Assembly: GCF_964204645.1 (NCBI RefSeq)
Contig: NC_134029.1
Span: 14,626,950-14,690,949 of the forward strand
Length of the DNA: 64,000 nt
From: Tubulanus polymorphus
Taxonomy: Eukaryota > Animalia > Nemertea
Reading direction: 5' to 3'
The notes under the pieces were generated by a model. That model was given only the letters and a program-made list of their open reading frames with translations, was not told where the DNA came from and ran no database searches. The translations under genes and the position numbers were made by a program. This document shows, piece after piece, positions 41,201-54,600 of this stretch. Numbering within the stretch: the first letter of the stretch is position 1; each line of letters opens with the position of its first letter.

Positions 41201-44200
41201 TTCCTCTTCCTTTTGGTCCTCTCCATCTTCTCTTCCAAGACGTACGTCTTTTTGCCTGTTTTTTCTGACATTTAAATAGAATTGAGTGCCGAGACATCTA
41301 AATCTGAAATTGATATGGTATTCACATTGACATTCACAATTAAAGTACATGTATAATTATAACAATACGGCTTTGTAGCCCACTTGGGACTTAAGTCCCA
41401 GTGGGCTATTGCGTTCACTTTTCGTCCGTCGTCCGTCCGTTCGTCCGTCCATAGACGGAATCCAGTTATTTTGGGAAGTTTTGAAGACGCTTCAAGGTAA
41501 CGTCTTGATATTTGGGTTACACATGTATCTACCCTAGACACATCTTCAGCCCAGAAACTGGCCCTTTCAGAATCAAGATGGCTGACTGGCAGCCATTGTT
41601 GTTCGCCAAAATCAGCACTTTTTACACATTTTTGAGGGAAATTTTGAAGACGCTTTGATCAATTACCTTAATCTTTCGGATATATGTGAATCCCCCCAGG
41701 GCCCATCAGCATAACAAAAATTGGGTCGATCGGACTCAAGATGGCCGTCCTATGGCCTTTTTAGTGCCCAAAAATGTTAATTTTGGCCCGAATTCTGAGT
41801 CCTGTAGCTTCCTACTGGTTTGCCATTTTTCATTGCAATTTGTGATGGGTATTCTTTGGAAAGGGATGTTTTATACCTGAGACAGGTATTTTTCATCAGC
41901 CAATTATGACGCAATTGGCGGCAATCTTGGTGTCACCAGTACTCATTCATAAGTGGGAAAAAGTTTTTCCACATTATATTGATACCTAAGCATATTTTGC
42001 TACCACAATCGATTAGAAACTTGCAGCTCATAACGTGTTCTATGATTGCAGTGAGTTTCAAGGTAATTGGATTTCGTATATGGCCACCAGGGGCGAGAAT
42101 AATACAATATCTTAGCATTGTTATATTGGTGCCTATGCATATTTTGTCACCACAATCAATTGGAAAGTTGTAGCTCATGACATCATCTATGATTGTTGCG
42201 AGTTTTAAGGACATTTGTTTTTCTATATGGTCACCAGGGGGCGTTGAATGGTAGAATAACTTAGTATTTCCTTATTATATTGGTACCTAGGCATATTTAG
42301 TTACCATGATCAATTGCAAAGTTGTAGTTCATGACATGTTCTAAGATTGTGGTGACTTTCGAGGTCATTGGGTTTTGAATATGGTCAATAGGGGGCGTTG
42401 AATAGTAGAATAACTAATATTTCCATATTAATTGGTAACGAGGCATATTTTGTTATCACAATCAATTAACCCTGGTCACCAGGGGGCGTTGAATATTGAA
42501 ATTGTTAGATTGTTGAGCATTTGGAACCACTTCCCAAGTGGGCATGGTGTCCCTGGACCCCTAGTTCATTAATTAGATTGTCTGCCAACAAAAACCAAAT
42601 CTTCCCGAGGAAGAGGTAAAAAAACTTCATCATGTTGACAGAAAAGGAACAATATTATTTGGCCCTTTTTTATGTAGTCAATGATGTGGGATGAGGCTAC
42701 ATGTAAGGCCACATAAAAAAAAGAAGTTTTTCAGGCGGGGCAATCACCAAAATGGGTAGGTAGGTAGGTAGGGATATTTTTTCCTTTTTGGGCATACTTT
42801 TGAAAATGGGGTAGGTCGCCGTAAATACTTCGTAAATATTTTTGAAAAATGTTATTTCACCCAAAATTTTGAAAGAAATTGAATTTTATTCTGAAAATGA
42901 TTATTTGAGACGAGGAAATATCGGGTCGGTCGGGCCGAGAAACAGGCGTCCGCCTGTAGATTCGCTGTTCTGCCCCCACTTGATGAATTCCGCTGAGCGA
43001 TCCATTTTTCCAACCAATAGGATGCATTGTTGATAAGCGCACAGCGAGCGCCGAAGGCGCGAGCTGGAAGCTCCTAAAGTTAATCGCACATATGAGGCAA
43101 ATTAAAATTGCCTATATTTTTCCATACTATCCTTCTCAAAAAGTGTAGTTAACATCCGGGACACATGGGTATTGGCTAAATGGTGGCAACGAAAATGACG
43201 GTCATGGACAGACTTTCGTCGAAACTTGCGGGCCGCGTCGCGCGGGTAGTTTAAATACGTGAATGAGGGATTACAAAATGATTTTGTGTAATTCTCTGAA
43301 TATTTGCCTAGAATATTCACAAAATCATGTCAAAAATGTTATTTTTAGTTCGTATACTCCGTAGAAACCAATTGGAAGACAGGATTTGGATCCCACAAAA
43401 AGCACAGTCCCTTAGCAACGGGTCCAATTTTTTAGAATAAGTCCCGAAGAATAACGCAAGTGCGCGGTCCCCGTGTTACAAAATGACCGTCCCGCTACGT
43501 ACAAGTACATAATAATTAACTCAAAATTTTGCCAATCCCTGGAGTAAAATGCCGTGCGTTTTTTGACATATCTTTTTATGTGTCTTTTATTCCCGTTAAT
43601 CCCCTTTTCTGTGTCGAGTAAAATTCGTATAGGCCTACATAACGCTATAATTTGATTTAAAATACCGTTGTTCCATTAATTCCGAACCCATGCAACCCGT
43701 TGTACTACTTTTAGGAACAAATTTTTAGTCTAAAACATAAAACTATTGAAGCCATGAGATTTAATGTAGAAATCTGATGCTATAATCCGTATTTAAAATA
43801 CTGTTGTGGAAATCTGACGTTTTTTAACTACAGAAAAATTTATTTTCGTGTAATCGATAAAACAATAAACTCTCAATTTGTTATTGACATTCCCAAACTC
43901 CCATGTTTTTTTGCAGAAAATAAATTTCTTTTTTTTAATTAGATCACGGGTCCCTTAATTCGCTCGAAGATCTATGATATTTTGTGTGATTTTCACGCGC
44001 AACCTACATGTTGAATTTGGGAACAAATTTCTTGTGTAAAATATATAACTATTGAAGCCGTGAAGATTTAATGTAGAACGTACTCATCTGACGATACAGA
44101 AAGATTTATTCTCGTATGAACGATAACAAAAACAGGCTTTCAATATGTAATCAACATTCCCAAAGCATGTTTTTTCTCAAAAATGAAATTATTTTTCTAT

Positions 44201-47200
44201 TGATCACAGGGACACGGCTGTACAGCGCGGAAACTTGAAGTAACCTTGATCTTACTTAGTATGCGAACGTGCACCTGCAGCATATTCAGCCAGCGGAGTC
44301 ATCGGCGTTTGTCGATGATTTCCGATTCATACTAAATAAGTTTGTAAGCTATATTTCACTAGTCTTGTGATGAATATTCAATTTTAGTGTGCTAATAAAC
44401 GATATTTAAACTTTCTTTTCATAAATAAATTGATATTACGGTATTTTGTAAAATTAGATTTCGTGTGGAGTAATGTGACCGTACATCATGGCAGATTGTA
44501 AACAAAAAGTGATGACAGCTAGAAAAGATGAAAATGTCTTAAAATTACACCCAGAAATGTGTTTTCCTACCAAATAACAATGATCAAATATTAGGATACG
44601 ACGGTTACTATTGTTTTAAGATCATCATGCTTTCAAATGGAAGAATAAAACGACAGCTTGTCGCCGGAAAGCGATTCAACCCAAATTCAATTGGTTTTAT
44701 TGAAAACTGCCGCTGATCAAATCACGTATAAAGGATAAAGCATGAGTTCACCCACGGTAAGTATTTTATTGCTATATGAATAAACAAAATATGAGGCCAG
44801 AATGTATGAAACTCATGCAGTTTCGGAAATACACTATCTAGGCCTACAGTACAGTCAACCTTCGTTCGATATGCTGCCCATAGCCTAGACTACTAGCCTA
44901 CCTATACATCACGTCCACAAACCCCGTCCACAAACTCCATTCATTTGTAGTACACTTCTATTCAAATGTTTATTTAATTATCCTCTATAAACCGCCATAC
45001 TTTCTATACTGCCAAAATCCTTAATATTGATGCGGGCGGGCGGTAGGCCTATCAGAGGCTGGCTGGCTATAGGCTACATCTCTCTCCCTTGCCCTCTCTT
45101 TTTGTTTTAACTCTAGTCATCACTTTAGACCGAATCAGACAGGGCTCTCAATGAGAATCAGTAAATTAAGTATGAACTAAAACCGGTTTAACTGAACTAA
45201 AGCTTGTTTTTTTTTAATTTTTCAGAAATTACACAAATTTATGACGTGCAACAGTGATTTACATCATAGAACAAAAACTAATTAGAGAATCTGGAACTGA
45301 TTGGGAAGCTAGCTTCGAAGGTAAAGTTCCTCAAAATTTTCGGCATTTTAAGTTTTCAAAACATTATAACAAGTATGATGATTAAACTTATATCAATGCA
45401 TATGAAGAAATATTTCTCATTGTAGGTTAAACCTGATCACTGACATTGCTACATTTCTGGCAAGTTCGTGTTTTACTCAATGGTGAAATTTTCTTGAAGA
45501 ATCCCCCACAGTTACACTTCCGGATTATTTTGTGTAAGTGCAGTGATTTTGTTGAGTAGAGACCTTGATTCAAAAACATTACTTTTGTGCGGACTACTTT
45601 GTTCCGCAAACAGATTCTGGCATCTTGGTTCATACTCGCATGCTTGCTTTCAAGCCCCTGCTCTCCAAAGAGCCCCAATGACTTCCATGTTTGGATGAAT
45701 TCAGGCATGTGATAGATCAAAACATGCAATTTGGGAGTTATATTTGCCTTGGGGAAATTTTGAGGAAACCATGTACCAAATTCATGAATACTGTTCACTA
45801 CATGTTCTATTTCAGGTTCGGACAAAAACCGACAAGCCGAATATACATGATAAATATCTTGAAACTTCTCGAAAAGATCCAAAAATAACTTTCGGTCATT
45901 CGGATACTTGTTGAGACAGGATAATAGTATTTGTGGATTGTTAATTCCATTTTCCTCATCCTTTTTAAACAACTTGTGTACATGGTTTCCTACAAAGCTA
46001 TTCGAGTGATATGCCTGTCTGTCAACTCCTATCTTTTTAAGATTCTCATTTAGATCTTTTTGTATCGGTCCCATCTCTAAGGTTATGTCCTTATATATTT
46101 GGTTAAGCTTGATTCTTCTCGGATTAAACAGTACTTATATTGATTCCTATATCTTTGATTTTGCTCATGTTTTCATCTGCTTGTTTCAGGAATTTGTCTG
46201 GTGTTATTTTTTTGTCCGCAAGTGGCCGACATTTCAAACAAAGGAAATCGCTATCAGAAATATTGGGATCGACATATACAGATTGAACACATTGGCTGTG
46301 GTATGGTGCGTTACAGTTTGTGCAATACAAATACAGATGTGGCTGCGGATTCTCAATAGAACGAATTATACAAGTCGGCGCCCAACAGTTTAATGGACTA
46401 GAGCGTTTTCTCTTTGCATTTTTCAATAAGTCAACTAGTTCTTGACAAGATTGTAACTTCTGTTTTACGCTATCAAGTTCATCCTGCAAGCTAGTTACAG
46501 ATGCTGAAGCTGCTCTCCATGCTTCCCATTGCTCGGGAAAACGTTCTCCGAGGGAAGATTCATCAAATTCACAACAACGTTTTTCTAGCATCTCGAAGAA
46601 CATTAACCCTAAGCCAAGAGAAATATGGAGACCAGGAGGAACTAGATGGCCTAATTCTGAGGGCTTGAAAAGCATACCACTTGTGAATGAACCACGAATG
46701 TTTTGTGTTTCAGCACCAATAACCCGTGGTGTAGCTTCAGCAGTTTGTGCATTCCTTAAATAGGACTCGATTGAACGTGATTGATACTGCTTGAATGTTG
46801 GGGTATGAGGTGTTGCATCTGTTTTGCGTAAATCATGGAGTGTTACCTCACACCATAGACATGGATAGGTTGATGCGCTGCCTTGATGGCCCATAATCTG
46901 GCAAAGGAAATGAAGGTCCCCCATTGGAAATATTCTAACAGTAATTTCTTGACAAAAAACGATGATTGTTTTGACAGTTGAAATTTCACCCTGGAATATT
47001 CATATTTCGTCATGAAATTCTGGGGACCTATTTAACTGATTTTTCATTATCAGTTTTTCTACTGACTTTTGTATTAATAGCTCTATTGATGTCACAGAAA
47101 CAAACGCTGACAATTGCTTTTCATGAGTTCTGCTATTAATTTCCAATTCTATTTCACCAGCTTCAATGAATGTCGAAAACGACTCTTGTCTGGCTTCAAA

Positions 47201-48563
47201 CTCTTGTCTAATATTTCGACTAGACGGAAAAATCTGAATATTGTAATGTTTCAAGATTTTTTAAAGTTCAAGTAACTTATTCACCGGTAGTCTCAAATTT
47301 AATTTCTATTCTATTACTTGAGTTGGATCTAATTGATTTACATTTGCGATACCGGCCAACTCCAGAGCCTTTTTGACTAAATCAGGATACCTTTTCATGA
47401 AACAAGATAATGTTACAGCCATATCATTTCCTGACGATGAAATAGATGATAATTTATCCAAAACAAGTTTAAGTTTTCTTGCTCTCGAGTCTAGAGTTTT
47501 CTTTGAGGCTGAACTAGAATTAATTGTTGGATGTTCTTATTTGGTGTAACAACTACTTTTACTGCGAAAACTAGTAACAAGGGGAGTAGCTTCAAATGTT
47601 TTTAAGTTTGATGAATCTGTGTCAATTTTTAATAAATTTGCTCAAGTTTCGCTTTCAAATTTTGAATTTCTTCATTCTTCAGTCAAATTTGGTCGGATAA
47701 TAAGTTCAAGTAACTTATTCACCGGTAGTCTCAAATTTAATTTCAATTCTATTACTTGAGTTGGATCTAATTGATTTACATTTGCGATACCGGCCAACTC
47801 CAGAGCCTTTTTGACTAAATCAGGATACCTTTTCATGAAACAAGATAATGTTACAGCCATATCATTTCCTGACGATGAAATAGATGATAATTTATCCAAA
47901 ACAAGTTTAAGTTTTCTTGCTCTCGAGTCTAGAGTTTTCTTTGAGGCTGAACTAGAATTAATTGTTGGATGTTCTTATTTGGTGTAACAACTACTTTTAC
48001 TGCGAAAACTAGTAACAAGGGGAGTAGCTTCAAATGTTTTTAAGTTTGATGAATCTGTGTCAATTTTTAATAAATTTGCTCAAGTTTCGCTTTCAAATTT
48101 TGAATTTCTTCATTCTTCAGTCAAATTTGGTCGGATAATTCATTGATTTTCTCTTTCATGGTAATCAAATAAGGATGACAAGAACATTGACAATGAGACT
48201 TAACAGGTGATATTGAACATAAGGAAACCGAATTCAGATCACTACACTGGAGGACATCATTATCATCAATATCAGACAAATCTACACCAGAGTGCGCATC
48301 AACAGCAGATATCTCGAGTGTACTTTCCAGCAAAATGTCGTCATTAGTCGAGCTTTCCTCTATTGCATCCTCTCTTTCTGTAAATTCACTACTCTGGCTT
48401 TCTTCAAATGTTGAATTTGCAACTATGTCCCTAGTTTTTGTTCCTAGGGAAATGTTAAGAGGGAAGAATAAATATGATTGTAGAAAATGGGTCCTTTCAA
48501 AGACCTTCATTATTTGAATGAAATATGTAAATATGTGTTGAATTAAGCAGAATCAGTTATAGT

Positions 48564-48644
<81 letters not shown>

Positions 48645-51600
48645 CGGTAACATAGGGGACCATGAACAGGGCGGTACCTGATTAGGGAAAATTTAGTTTT
48701 GTAATTTACTGAATTGAGCCGATTACCGAAAAAACCAGTACCGCCTTAAACAGAGCCTCTACTGTGCCTCCTTTATGAAACTGGCCTCAGGGGTTTAATA
48801 AAGAACAACATTGCATATACATACTTGCATTATCCTCATACTTATCATACTTGCATCATCCTCGTTGTCGTTATCCTTTCATTTAAATCATTTGATTGAC
48901 AGTCACACAATCAGAGTTCGAAATATAAAAAGCTTGTAAACCTCACAATCAACTAACGAACAACCATAATTTCTAACATGTGTAATGAATTTTAATTCTT
49001 TAATAAAAACATTCCAAAAAATATAGATTATATAAGACTCACTCCTACGCTTTTTTCTTGAACTTCGGAAGTACTTCTTTCTTGAATGGGCGCCTTGCTT
49101 AGTAGTGATATTGACTGAACGCTTTTTTGATGCTGTAAAAAGTGAAAGATAGTGCATCTAAATGTTTTCATATTGTCTTAATCTTAAATCTCAAGATTAA
49201 AAAATTCGATATACTTACCAGTGGCTTGCTCAGCAGACGAACCGGCAGCGGTACTCAAATTTGCATCCCTAACGGTCGGTACAAATCGTGCTAAAAATGA
49301 AAGAATAAATATCTGGTATGGTGGTAGGCCAGACTGGATCCAGTTCAAATAAATGTACTTCATTTGACAAAATAAAATTTCTAGGCCTTTTCCTCAGGTA
49401 TTTCTGGGCTTCTTATATATCAAATTTCTCTAAAAAATAGGAGAGCACCATTATCCAACTCCCAAGAGGAAATAAATGGGAGGGGAAATCATTTTAGGGG
49501 CAGGAAAGTGGCCGCTCTATAAAATCGGTCGAATTCTTACGAGGTACAAATTTCAAAAAATCTCTGAAGCCCTAATTCGTCAATAGGGGTTATTGTATGT
49601 CAATTTGTTTATCTTTTTATGATCTACCTCGCTAAATCGGAATCCACTATGAAGTATTATGTTTAAATGTTCGCTTTGGCGTTAAACTATGAATAGTTTG
49701 GCATTTGGAGATGCCTAAATTATCAAAAAATTACTTATGATTTCGGAGCTGGTTGTCACGGTTTCTCCACGAACTAAAGTTTTAAACAACATACCGCGAG
49801 GTACCTCGGGTCTTCAGGAAGCAATCTATGCTCGTTACAAATTAATATATGCCCATTCATTTATGTACTATGTACGCTCAAATACGAATGCCAAAGCCCG
49901 GTTTCTTCAGCTTTAAAGCATTACCAGCTGGTGAGGTCAAGTTTCTAACTTCGTAGAAGAGCTGTAGAGCCGTGGCGAACCATCGCTCATAGCGGATCAT
50001 TGATATTCTGGTGTAATAATGATGTAATAATGCTGAGTGGACAAAGTTGAGTTTTGATTAAGGTAATGCATTTTTTTTCCAGAATGATCGATTAGTGAAG
50101 GTCTGGTATGAACAGAAAAAAGGTATCATGATTTCTATTCAATCAAAGATCTGCCAAATAGAAATATTCATTGGTGAAATCAACTATCATTTTGCAAAGT
50201 TGTAGTCCAAGACATGTTCTATGATTGTCGTGAGTCTCAATGGCATAGGTTTCTGTGTGTGTTTTTGTCTTAAAATAGGGATTGACCCTGTTATTTATTT
50301 GAATGGTAGGTTTCGTTTGATTTCCTGTTTGGGTGTCCCTTACAAACCCACCACACCTGCCGGGAGCGAAACAGAGGGTTTTATTTGGAAGTCGGAAATG
50401 GAAGTACAGAATGTAGTTGATTTGTTGTCGGTGGAGGTTACATCATATTTTTTTTCAAAATTGAAGTACATAATTGGAAATGTTGGTTCAGGTTCATTCA
50501 AACAATAATCCAAGTAGCTGGAACCGGCAAGCGACTGATTGGGTTTTATTTTGTTGGCTGCCTAATTAGTACATCGAGATTTTGGAAGTAACTATATTCC
50601 ATTTTTTAAATATTTTTTGGTCGTTTTCTATGTGTAAATAGTACGAAAGTTTATTGTAGTTTTTTTTCCCTCGGATATATGTTGGTGTAAAAGTCCTCTA
50701 AGTTGATTTCCCGCGTGTTGACTAGATTAAAAGGAAGCACATTTCGAAAGCGCAAATTATCCAGCTGAGAGTAAGGTCCTGGTAACCGAAGTGCAGTTAT
50801 GTTACGACGACGCTGTAGTTCCTATGGGGATGGGTTTCTCCGCCAAAGGGTGCAGTTGGTACTTCACATCTGGTGCTGATTTTGCCTAAAAGTAGAAGTT
50901 AAACACAGGGGCAGTTTTGTATTTCGAACATATATACAGTGCATGGTTGGACAGTGCTATGCGCATTGATAGACCGTCAGCTACAAAGCAGCACAGGCAC
51001 GCGAGCTAAATTGATATAATTATTAATACATATGAAAAGTCTCGATCGGGTTTTGTTTACAGTTATGATGAAAAGAACACACTGCTCCGATAATTGACTG
51101 GCAGTTCTATGCACGATGAAAGACCGTCAGTGAAACATCTAGGCGAGCCCAGTTTATCATGTGTCACAGTTGGGTTCTTGGTAGTTTTTATCTAGGGCGA
51201 AGCCCGAGATGTTGTAATGGGTCCAAAAATCGAATTTTTGCTCACAAATGAGGTTGTAACTTTGACCCAAAGTCATGCAATCTACTATTTTTATGTGCAA
51301 CATGTACCTTGATCATGCGGCTAAAATCTGTTGGAAATGGAATATTGAATTTGGCATTCATTTTAGAGAAATCGACGAATTTGTGGCGATTTTTAAAAAA
51401 TTTCCAAGGAGCATTTTGTTTCATAAAATTTCCAGAAAGCCTTTGTACATTGTTAAATTGATGTAATATAAATGCTCCCTGCAGTTAGCTGATCTTTTGC
51501 AGTCAATCAATGTAAGGCCATATTCGATAATACCACGCAGACAAACCGGTCTATTAATCTGCTCAAATATTGTTTTCCATTTTTTAGGATTTACTTCCTC

Positions 51601-54600
51601 ATTTCCCAGTCATTGGACAGTCTTATTATATGTTTACTTTAAATTTGAAAGTCATCGTATTGTTTCCGTCTCCCCATTGTATTATGAAAAAACCGGAGAT
51701 TCAATCGATCCGCCACATCGTTGTGGCATGCACAATCGAATTGGCCCAGACCCGGTGCCGCGCTGAATGACATTAGACTGTTAGATTTTCTTTCGATTTA
51801 GCATTTATTTTACGCAATAAGTAATTATTTATATCGTAGAGTGCTGACGATATAGTTTACAGGATGAAGAAGTAAATGTACACTGTCATAGACCGTAAAA
51901 CTATCATAAATTGTGTGTTTACGCGCGCGATGTGTTTCAATTCAATTTACCCAATCAATCGCCGTGTGTGTACTGTGCAATTTACAGGGCTTTCAAAATA
52001 CTCGTTCAAAATAAGCCTTCGGCCATCGCATCCGACTGTGAGTAAGAATCCTGTGAGGGCTATGAAATATCTCGTCTGATATCAACGATAGTATGAAAGC
52101 TGTGATCAGAGGCTATGTTTAAATGTAGGCCTATTGCAGTCAGTATGCATCGCGTGAAAATTTGCCTCAGACGCGTGGCCTAGTTTAAGTCTCCAGGAAA
52201 TTGGCTCCCTTCAAAACAACCTGATCAACCTTTTCATCGGTGAGTTCCTTCCATTTTGATCTCTTTTACTGATACACCAATAAACTCAATCATAAATTCC
52301 CGGCCACGTTTTCTGTTCGTCACAAATCGGTGACTTCTCGGTCGAGTCAAACACAATCCGCGTTAAATTTTATTTCATTCGCACGTTCTATTATTTGCTT
52401 GCCTTTCATCTTTTGGAGCTTGACAGGCCTAAGTGTCTGAATTGGTACCGTAAGCCGGTACTGGGCCAGTTATATTCAAATGACCTTTATTGTAGGTAAC
52501 AAAACGTCATTGACTTAATTATGTCGGAATCTTGTCCTAGAGATAGAAAAGTCCATTCGCAGGCCATGATATCTCTGGTACCTCTTCCCCTACTGGCGCG
52601 GCACGACTTCCGGGGTGCAGGCCGGCATTCCCTCACGGGAGCCCTCAGTTGTAAATTCCATGCGACAATCCCGTAACAAGAGGGCTAAAAAGTCGTTGAG
52701 CATTGGGTTTCGGCCAACTGGCTCCTGTTTCTCTTGTTACTACAGTGGCCCAAGAGGCCACTAAATCCCGGCTAATCGGTTCTTGAATCTGTTCCGTTTT
52801 AGCCGTGGTTAATCAGCCGGGTCAGGTTCGGCTTGGTTCCATTTTGGAACCAGCTCCAGGTATCAGTCCAACCGAAGACCAGTCAGGATAGCCGAGGCAG
52901 CCAAGAAGCAAGCCGCTTTAGGCCTTAATAGATTTATCCTGTTTCAGCAAAATTATTTGTATTTTATTTTCAGTAATAGGCTCTACCGTTTAATGTCCCA
53001 TGCTGAGAGCTAGGATCTCGGTTATTATGAAATGTCCGGTACCTCCTCCCCTTCCAGCGCGGTTCGACCTCTGGAAAGGGTGCAGTCCGGCTTTTTTTGC
53101 CATGGGACATCCGACCGAAAGGTCACTGCACTGTCCCGTGTGAGGTAGGAGTTTTTCGGAGTCGTCGGGCCCGCCAATAACCCCGGCACTCCTGTCTCTG
53201 AAAACCTTTAGCATCAGCTGAGTCCGATAATCACAGACCACCCGTACCTCCTCCCCTTCGAGCATGGTTCACCCTATGGAAAGGGTCCAGGCGACTTTTT
53301 GTCATGGGACCTTCGCCGATAGGTCATTGCAGCTGTCTTGTGTTGGGTCAGAGAATCTCGGGAGTTGTCAGGCTAGCCAACTGCCCGGCATTCCTGTCTC
53401 CGTAAACCTCTAGCAACGGCTGAGCTGATCAACTTCAGACCGAACCGGTGTACAACCCACGCCGTGTTCATTCTTGGTGAATAAGCCGGATCCAGTGCGG
53501 CTCGGTGGCACATTTGCCCCGGAGGCCTTTCGGTCGGCAGTCGCTCGGTGCACAGAGCAGCGCGACCTAGGCTGGGAAAGTTCGGCATCCGGAGTCAGCC
53601 GTTGCGTTTAGTGTAGCGTATTACTGACTCCCAGGTCTCGGTCTGTCCAGCCCGGGTCCAGTCAGAAGATGGCTGACCCGCCCATTTCTTCCCAACTCGT
53701 AAGGATTTGGGGTTTCTGGCTGAACCAGCCCTCATGGTTCATGACTCCAAGATCTAGACAATTTTCCTTGGAGTCGGCGCCTTTCATTCCAATGGTTTCA
53801 TGGTGACATCGCTTCCATATCTGGCATAGTGCGTATGAACGAAGGAACGTTGTTGAACGAATGTAGTAAGTCAGGGGTGATGACTGCCTGTACACCAGTA
53901 GTGGTCGACTGACTGTCCAGTCATTCGGGTTCAGTCGCCACTTCACTGCACAGTTTGTGCCAGTGGATAGGCTCATCGTTCCCTCATACAAGGGGTTCTC
54001 GGGAAGCTCCACTGTGCTAAGTCCATGGATTGGACAGAGTGCATAGCTTCATAGCTTTGAAATTTGAAATTCTCATGGCGGAGTAGGCTGACTTGTGTGA
54101 GGGGAGCTCCCGATTAAAATCGTTGTGTGATTTAAGTTACGGGAAACTTAAAGTCAAAGGTGTCTTGCAATTGTTGAAAGGCGTATTGCGATCATACGGA
54201 CAATCATTTCTACGTGAGTTCTTGCATCTATTTGCACCTATTCGATGCTGTAGTACTTGTCTATTCTAACGAAAATATACTATTGAAGTTTGACATTAGT
54301 TCAAATGTACTCGCTCTTGCAAAACGTGTACTTCAATAACCGTTCCACATGAGTAGCTTTCAGTCCGATCCGGCAAAGTCGATGAATAGAGATACAAGCC
54401 TGGCAGTCACGCCATCTGACCATAATAGAACTGCAAGTAAAAGATCTATGGACTCTATGTCACCAGATCCTTCAATTATTAGTCCGGATCACAAAATATC
54501 AGCTTCAAGTAGTGACGAAATAAATAATCATGATATTTTGGCGCGTCTGGAGAACATCGAAATTAATATGCCAGGAAACTCTTTCGATGAAAGAGTGTCT

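Noticed and set aside
42706-42960. taaggccacataaaaaa...gggtaggt end as terminus of the RAG1-like element
   Set aside because: No matching inverted partner found on the other side of the transposase
42570-45420. Convergent RAG2-like gene (ProtoRAG arrangement)
   Set aside because: No kelch-like ORF or exons recognisable downstream of the RAG1-like gene, and no RSS-like TIRs found by eye
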